In this document: positions 59,313 through 64,000 of the stretch, piece by piece | How the letters are laid out: each line of letters opens with the position of its first letter | How positions within the stretch are numbered: the first letter of the stretch is position 1 | Program-made: the position numbers and the translations under genes | Assembly: GCA_965231135.1 (NCBI GenBank) | Contig: OZ246419.1 | Coordinates: 257,488 to 321,487 of the forward strand | Source of the DNA: an uncultured Gammaproteobacteria bacterium | GTDB lineage: Bacteria > Patescibacteriota > Microgenomatia > UBA8517 | Length of the DNA: 64,000 bases | Reading direction: 5' to 3' | Notes under the pieces: generated by a model | What the model was told of the DNA's origin: nothing | Database searches by the model: none | What the model saw: only the letters and a program-made list of their open reading frames with translations

Positions 59313-59918
59313 ATGCGAAAGCTATCATTAATTTTGGTAGCTGCCCTCCTTACAATACTTGCAGTTCATGCTGCAAATAAAAACATAGTAAAAGCTGATG
59401 TGGAGCTTGATATAACTTGCGGATGTAGTACACCAACTCCTACGCCGACTTTTGTGCCAACACCAACTCCAACGACACAGCCAACTTCCACACCAAATAA
59501 TTCAACTCCTCCAAACGGAAATGTTGGAGCACCAGTTTGTACAGATCCAGTTCCTGCAAAGCCAATAATTACTTCTGTTAAACAAATTGGAACAAAAGCG
59601 ACAATAACCTGGACAAAAATTGATATGGCAAATCATTATGTGATTTTTTACGGAACAGATCCTGGTAGCGAAGAGTTTGGAGTGCCAGATACTGGAAATG
59701 TAACAAGTTATACAATTAATTCACTTAATCCGAAATTAAAATATTATTTTGATGTACTTTCTGTAAATGGATGCCAACCAAGCTCTAATGGACAAGTTTT
59801 AGGAGCTAGCACTTCAGTTTTAGCGTCAACAGATTCTGATTTAATAATGCCGAGATTTATTCTTGGTATAATTGCTGCAGGAGTTACCTTCTTTGTTATC
59901 AAAAAATATTCTCTTTAA
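59313..59918 (+). CDS. Secreted fibronectin-III-like protein with C-terminal TM helix and basic tail
   Basis: Signal peptide, PT linker, TM plus KKYSL tail, LASTD segment. Confidence 0.5.
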   Translation: MRKLSLILVAALLTILAVHAANKNIVKADVELDITCGCSTPTPTPTFVPTPTPTTQPTSTPNNSTPPNGNVGAPVCTDPVPAKPIITSVKQIGTKATITWTKIDMANHYVIFYGTDPGSEEFGVPDTGNVTSYTINSLNPKLKYYFDVLSVNGCQPSSNGQVLGASTSVLASTDSDLIMPRFILGIIAAGVTFFVIKKYSL

Positions 59919-60390
59919 ATTAATAATTGCAGTTTATATTGGAGCAGCTGTTTTTGCACTTACTAATCCAAGTTTGCAATGGACCAAACCGCAACCAACA
60001 ACTATTTCAACTATCTCAAATAGCCCGACTGATATAAAAATTTCTAAAATAAATTTGGATTTGGCAATATCACCTGCGATTTTAAAGGGAAATGAGTGGC
60101 AGCTTTTTGATGACAGAGTTGCTTGGCTTAGTTCTTCAGCACTTCCTGGAAAAGGTAATACAATTATGTATGCACATGACAGAGTTGGGCTTTTTGCTAA
60201 TTTAAAAAATCTAAAACCAGGAGATGAAATTGATATATATACAAACAAATGGATAATTTATAAAGTTACACAGGTACATGCAGTCTTGCCAACGGATGTA
60301 AATGCTGTGCTTGGAACACAAAACCGCTTAACGCTTTATACCTGTGATGGCAGCTTTGATCAAAAGCGACTGGTAGTGTATGCTGAGTAG
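59893..60390 (+). CDS. Sortase (transpeptidase) with a TTG start
   Basis: His (MYAHDR), TLYTCDG (TLxTC Cys) and Arg (KRLVVYA). N-terminal TM helix. There is no in-frame ATG before the TM. TTG at 59893 lies 9 nt after AGGAG. Confidence 0.7.
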   Translation: MLSKNILFKLIIAVYIGAAVFALTNPSLQWTKPQPTTISTISNSPTDIKISKINLDLAISPAILKGNEWQLFDDRVAWLSSSALPGKGNTIMYAHDRVGLFANLKNLKPGDEIDIYTNKWIIYKVTQVHAVLPTDVNAVLGTQNRLTLYTCDGSFDQKRLVVYAE

Positions 60391-60392
60391 TA

Positions 60393-61334
60393 ATGGAAGC
60401 ACTTGCCCACCTTTTTGTTCCGAGAGTTAGTAATAATCACAAAGCAAAAATTCTACATTCTTCATCTCTTTTATTAATTGTTTTTGGAATTCTTATATTT
60501 CAATTTACTTTACAAATTACAAGTCATAAAAGCGGTCAGGTTTTAGGCTATGCTGCAAATATATCTCCATCTGAAGTTGAAAGATTAACAAATGTTCAAA
60601 GAGAACAAAACGGTTTAGGGGATTTGACAGATAATCCTGAACTTGATGCAGGAGCGCTTGCAAAAGGACAGAATATGCTTAAAGAACAATATTGGGCTCA
60701 TGTTGCACCGGATGGCACACAACCCTGGGCTTTTTTTGTTGCGCAAGGATATAGTTATCAGTATGCTGGAGAAAATTTGGCGAGGGATTTTCCAGATGCA
60801 CAAAGCGCTGTTACTGCATGGATGAATTCGCCAACACATCGAGAAAACATGCTTAGTCCAAATTATAAAGATATTGGAATTGGGGTTGTTGAAGGAAATT
60901 TGAACGGAGTTGATACAACTATTATTGTCCAATTTTTTGGAACAAAATTGGGAGATGCGCTGCCAGTTCAACCAGTTGCTGCAGCAACACTTACACCTAG
61001 CCCAACAACAAAACCAAAAGCGACTGTGTCAGCCGGCGCTACGCCTCAGGCTGTGATTGCGGCAGTCTTGCCAACTCCGACTCCTGTCGTAACTCCCGTG
61101 GCGAGTTTAATTCCTCAAACTTTGGTTGCGTCAAGTAAAGTAACGCCTTTTGATTTAACAAAAATAATTTCTCTTTCACTTGTAGGGATTTTAATTCTAG
61201 TTGTTGCTGTTGATGGATTTTTAATTAATAGACGTAAAATTTTTAGAGTTGCAGGGCATTATCCAGCACATATTGCATTTTTGGGAATGATATTAATTAT
61301 TTTAATATTTATTGGTGTTGGGAGAATTTTGTGA
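60393..61334 (+). CDS. CAP/SCP (YkwD-like) domain protein with C-terminal TM helices
   Basis: GENLA and HRENMLSPNYKDIGIGVV motifs. Confidence 0.75.
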   Translation: MEALAHLFVPRVSNNHKAKILHSSSLLLIVFGILIFQFTLQITSHKSGQVLGYAANISPSEVERLTNVQREQNGLGDLTDNPELDAGALAKGQNMLKEQYWAHVAPDGTQPWAFFVAQGYSYQYAGENLARDFPDAQSAVTAWMNSPTHRENMLSPNYKDIGIGVVEGNLNGVDTTIIVQFFGTKLGDALPVQPVAAATLTPSPTTKPKATVSAGATPQAVIAAVLPTPTPVVTPVASLIPQTLVASSKVTPFDLTKIISLSLVGILILVVAVDGFLINRRKIFRVAGHYPAHIAFLGMILIILIFIGVGRIL

Positions 61335-61582
61335 CAAAACACTTATCTGATTATTTTAGTTTGGGAGGAATTCTAATTGCGACAGTTATTGGTTTTTTTG
61401 CATTTTCTTATAATAAAGATTTTCAACTTGCTGTTGTGACAGCATCAAGCTTTTCTTATTTTGTATGGGGAATAATACATCACTTTATTAAAAAAGATTT
61501 AAATTTGCAGATCTTGATTGAATATGCGATGTTCTCTTTGATTGGATTTGTAACTTTAGTTGCTATAATCTATAGATCATGA
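61331..61582 (+). CDS. Small membrane protein
   Basis: Two TM helices. Confidence 0.35.
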   Translation: MTKHLSDYFSLGGILIATVIGFFAFSYNKDFQLAVVTASSFSYFVWGIIHHFIKKDLNLQILIEYAMFSLIGFVTLVAIIYRS

Positions 61583-62085
61583 CTTCAGATCTGGACAAAA
61601 ACGGTTTTTATAGTCCGACAAACGGATCTGTAACTTTTCGTAAAATTGTTGAACAAATTGCAGAATTTGTTGATAGCGACTCGAAAAGTCTTTACAGTGT
61701 AATTATTGGATCTGATTCGCAAATAAAACACAGCAAAACTGGCGCAGAATGTGACTTTGTTACTGCAATCGTAGTTCACCGTCATGGATATGGAGCAAGA
61801 TATTTTTGGAAAAGAGAAACTATTAAGAAAGCTCCAGTTTTAAGAGACAGAATTTATGAAGAAACTGCACGAAGCCTTTCAGCTGCTGCAATTATTGTTC
61901 CAGTGATTCGTGAGAGAATTGAAAAAGATAAATATAATTTTGAAATTCATGTTGATGTTGGGCCAAACGGGAAAACACGCGAAATGATTAAAGAACTTGT
62001 GGGAATGGTGAATGGAATGGGATATAATGCAAAAACGAAACCATACAGTTGGGGAGCAAGCTCAGTTGCAGATAAACACACATAG
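61579..62085 (+). CDS. DUF458 (YkuK-like, RNase-H-fold) protein
   Basis: IGSDSQ...FVTAIVVHRHGYGARYF...RIYEE...IHVDVGPNG pattern. Confidence 0.6.
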   Translation: MTSDLDKNGFYSPTNGSVTFRKIVEQIAEFVDSDSKSLYSVIIGSDSQIKHSKTGAECDFVTAIVVHRHGYGARYFWKRETIKKAPVLRDRIYEETARSLSAAAIIVPVIRERIEKDKYNFEIHVDVGPNGKTREMIKELVGMVNGMGYNAKTKPYSWGASSVADKHT

Positions 62086-62092
62086 TGTTATT

Positions 62093-62326
62093 ATGGGCCA
62101 CTTTATGGCAATTGAGGGTGATCGTAAATTTTTTGTACAAATGGATGATGAAGCTTTCGGTCATCTTGTTTTGAAAGCTCGTGACTCAAAAGGTAGAGAA
62201 TTTGGGATGATGATTCTTCCCGGGAATAAAGTTGTTATTAATGATCCTGAAAATGGATTGGTAGAAATTCATAATGGTGACACTTTTGATTTGAGAGTAG
62301 AAATAGTTTCTAGTCAAAAAAGCTAA
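62093..62326 (+). CDS. Small hypothetical protein (77 aa)
   Basis: First ATG after the upstream stop. The track ORF 62012..62326 overlaps the previous gene. Confidence 0.3.
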   Translation: MGHFMAIEGDRKFFVQMDDEAFGHLVLKARDSKGREFGMMILPGNKVVINDPENGLVEIHNGDTFDLRVEIVSSQKS

Positions 62327-62967
62327 CTATTTTTCTTCTGATTAGATATTCGCCACTTTTCAATTTCTGCATGATTTCCAGATTTTAAAATTTCTGGAAC
62401 AACCCAACCGTTGTAATTATCGGGGCGTGTGTATTGTGGATATTCTAAAACTCCTTCAATTGTGTGGCTTTCTTTTTGAGTCGCTTCAATTTCAAGAACT
62501 CCTGGAATTAAACGGGTAATTGCATCGGTAATTACCATTGCAGGGATTTCTCCGCCAGTTAAAACATAATCGCCAATGGAAATTATTTCATCAACTAAAT
62601 TTTCGTGAACTCTGTGATCAATTCCTTCATAGTGGCCACAAATTAATATTAGATGTTTTTCTTTTGATAAATTAACTGCCTTTTTTTGTGTAAACTTTAC
62701 ACCAGCCGCGTCTAACAAAATTACTTTTGAATTTTTATTTTTAATTTCTTTTAGAGCAGCATCAACTACATCAACTCTAATTAACATTCCTTTACCGCCG
62801 CCGTATGTTTTATCATCTACACTACCACGAGCGTCAATTGCCCATTTTCTTAAATCATAAATATTTATTTCGACTAATTCTTTTTTCTTTGCAGCAAGCA
62901 ACATTGATTCATCAAATGGACCAACAAACATATTTGGGAAAAGAGTTAGAATATCAATTTTAACCAT
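62323..62967 (-). CDS. trmD: tRNA (guanine37-N1)-methyltransferase
   Basis: SPOUT fold. LTLFPNMF...GGGKGMLIRVDVV. Confidence 0.9.
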   Translation of the reverse strand: MVKIDILTLFPNMFVGPFDESMLLAAKKKELVEINIYDLRKWAIDARGSVDDKTYGGGKGMLIRVDVVDAALKEIKNKNSKVILLDAAGVKFTQKKAVNLSKEKHLILICGHYEGIDHRVHENLVDEIISIGDYVLTGGEIPAMVITDAITRLIPGVLEIEATQKESHTIEGVLEYPQYTRPDNYNGWVVPEILKSGNHAEIEKWRISNQKKNS

Positions 62968-62986
62968 ACTATATTATACTTGAACT

Positions 62987-64000
62987 ATGGACAAAATCGT
63001 AATTGTTATGCCTGCCTGGAACGAAGCAGGAAATATTTCGGAAATGATTGAGACTTTGGTTAAGAAAGAATTTCCAACAATTAAAGCTGATATGCAACTT
63101 CTAATTGTTGATAATCATTCAACTGACGGAATGACTGAGGCAGTCGAAAAATATTCTAAAAAATACAAAAACGTAAAAATAATTCAGCAAGAAAATAAAG
63201 GACTTGGATGGGCATACGTTAGCGGATTTAAACATGCAATGAGTGAAATGAAAGCTGATGGCGTTCTTGAAATGGATGCAGATTTTCAACATCCTCCGCG
63301 CTTTGTAAAGCCTATGGTTGGGGCATATTTAAATGGAGCAGATTATGTAATTGGATCGCGATATATCCCAGGCGGAAGTGTTCCAAAAGAATGGGAAACA
63401 ACAAGAAAGGCAACTAGTTTTTTTGGAAATTTATTTATTCGTTTGGCACTTTTAAATTTCAAAATTCATGATCTTACAACTGGATTTAGACTTTCAAAAG
63501 TAAAAGGAATTTTAGATAAAATTGATTTAGATAATTTAATGGAACTAAACCGTTTTGCTTATAAGGTCGATTTGCTTTATCAATCTTTGAAATTATCTAA
63601 AAAAACTGTTGAAGTGCCACTTGAATTTGCATCACGAACAAAAGAAAAATCGAAATTTAATTACAAAGAAATGATTTCCACATTTCGCGTTGCAATAATA
63701 CTTGGAATAAAAGATAAACAAAAGTTTTTAAAATTTGCTGTTGTTGGAGGAATTGGATTTGTTATACAAACAGTTGTTTTTGAAGTTTTGGGAGTTTTTA
63801 CAAAAGTTTTATCACCATCAATTGCTACTCTTCTTGGAGGAGAACTTGCAGTAATTTCCAACTTTACTTTAAATAATATTTGGACTTTTAAGTCTGATCA
63901 AGTAAAAGGAGTAAAAATAATTTGGAAGTTTATACAGTTTAATTTAACAAGTTTTATAGCTCTTGGAATTCAATTTGTAATTTTGAAAATTGGAGAAGGA
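62987..64000 (+). CDS. GT2 polyprenol-phosphate glycosyltransferase (DPM1-like) fused to a GtrA-like TM domain. 3'-partial (runs off the window).
   Basis: VIVMPAWNEAGNI, DxD (LIVDNHS / EMDADFQH), C-terminal GtrA-like helices. The -10 TATACT ends 7 nt before the ATG (leaderless). Confidence 0.8.
   Translation, partial: MDKIVIVMPAWNEAGNISEMIETLVKKEFPTIKADMQLLIVDNHSTDGMTEAVEKYSKKYKNVKIIQQENKGLGWAYVSGFKHAMSEMKADGVLEMDADFQHPPRFVKPMVGAYLNGADYVIGSRYIPGGSVPKEWETTRKATSFFGNLFIRLALLNFKIHDLTTGFRLSKVKGILDKIDLDNLMELNRFAYKVDLLYQSLKLSKKTVEVPLEFASRTKEKSKFNYKEMISTFRVAIILGIKDKQKFLKFAVVGGIGFVIQTVVFEVLGVFTKVLSPSIATLLGGELAVISNFTLNNIWTFKSDQVKGVKIIWKFIQFNLTSFIALGIQFVILKIGEG

Noticed and set aside
1-64000. Alternative genetic code (UGA=Gly, code 25) as in some CPR lineages
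   Set aside because: TGA terminates several well-defined genes (dac, lysS, histidine kinase, apbE neighbours) and a canonical RF2 is present. Standard code 11.
1-64000. CRISPR arrays, IS elements/transposases, integrases, rRNA genes
   Set aside because: No regularly spaced direct repeats, no transposase or integrase-like ORFs, and no rRNA-like conserved stretches were seen.

Overview
The window is a dense, low-GC (estimated mid-30s % by eye, not computed), almost wholly coding stretch. It reads like a reduced Patescibacteria/CPR-type genome, for five reasons. Both tRNAs lack an encoded 3'-CCA while a CCA-adding enzyme is present. TsaB is minimal. There are many small secreted or anchored proteins, a sortase, a lamin-tail-domain protein and dockerin-like repeats. 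Genes are extremely tightly packed, including divergent genes whose start codons abut, and several promoters appear to be leaderless. TGA is used as a stop codon and RF2 is present, so the genetic code is standard code 11.

Housekeeping genes present are: dtd, nth, cca, recJ, aspS (archaeal-type AspRS), a D-Ala-D-Ala carboxypeptidase, gltX, bcp, uppP, sodA, truB, dgkA, a PAP2 phosphatase, lon, greA, lysS, serS, rarA, secA, prfB (no programmed frameshift), ftsE and ftsX followed by a coiled-coil cysteine-peptidase (PcsB-like), tsaE, tsaB, trmD and a GT2 glycosyltransferase.

Accessory and interesting content:
- A three-gene flavin module at 42.9-45.6 kb: an FMN-binding-domain protein with an SGAT flavinylation motif, a short ApbE flavin transferase with no signal peptide, and a polytopic membrane protein fused to an FNR-like FAD/NAD domain. 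An OmpR-type response regulator follows directly.
- The GAF histidine kinase lies 1.3 kb downstream of the response regulator, separated from it by two small stress genes (KGG, GlsB/YmgE). It is preceded by an 11-bp-period triple direct repeat.
- tRNA-Gln(CUG) has an upstream 53-nt 5'-duplicated tRNA fragment and an extended -10 promoter. Next to it is a twice-frameshifted clan GH-A glycoside-hydrolase/dockerin gene.
- tRNA-Glu(CUC) is flanked by an orphan 305-aa gene with atypical codon usage.
- A structured intergenic region sits upstream of aspS with two CCUCC/GGAGG hairpins and a 16-codon upstream ORF. The upstream ORF's TGA stop overlaps the aspS TTG start in a TTGA motif.
- There is a MacAB/HlyD-like efflux operon, a 32-aa highly basic peptide gene with a perfect SD, and several bidirectional terminators.

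No CRISPR array, transposase or rRNA was seen.
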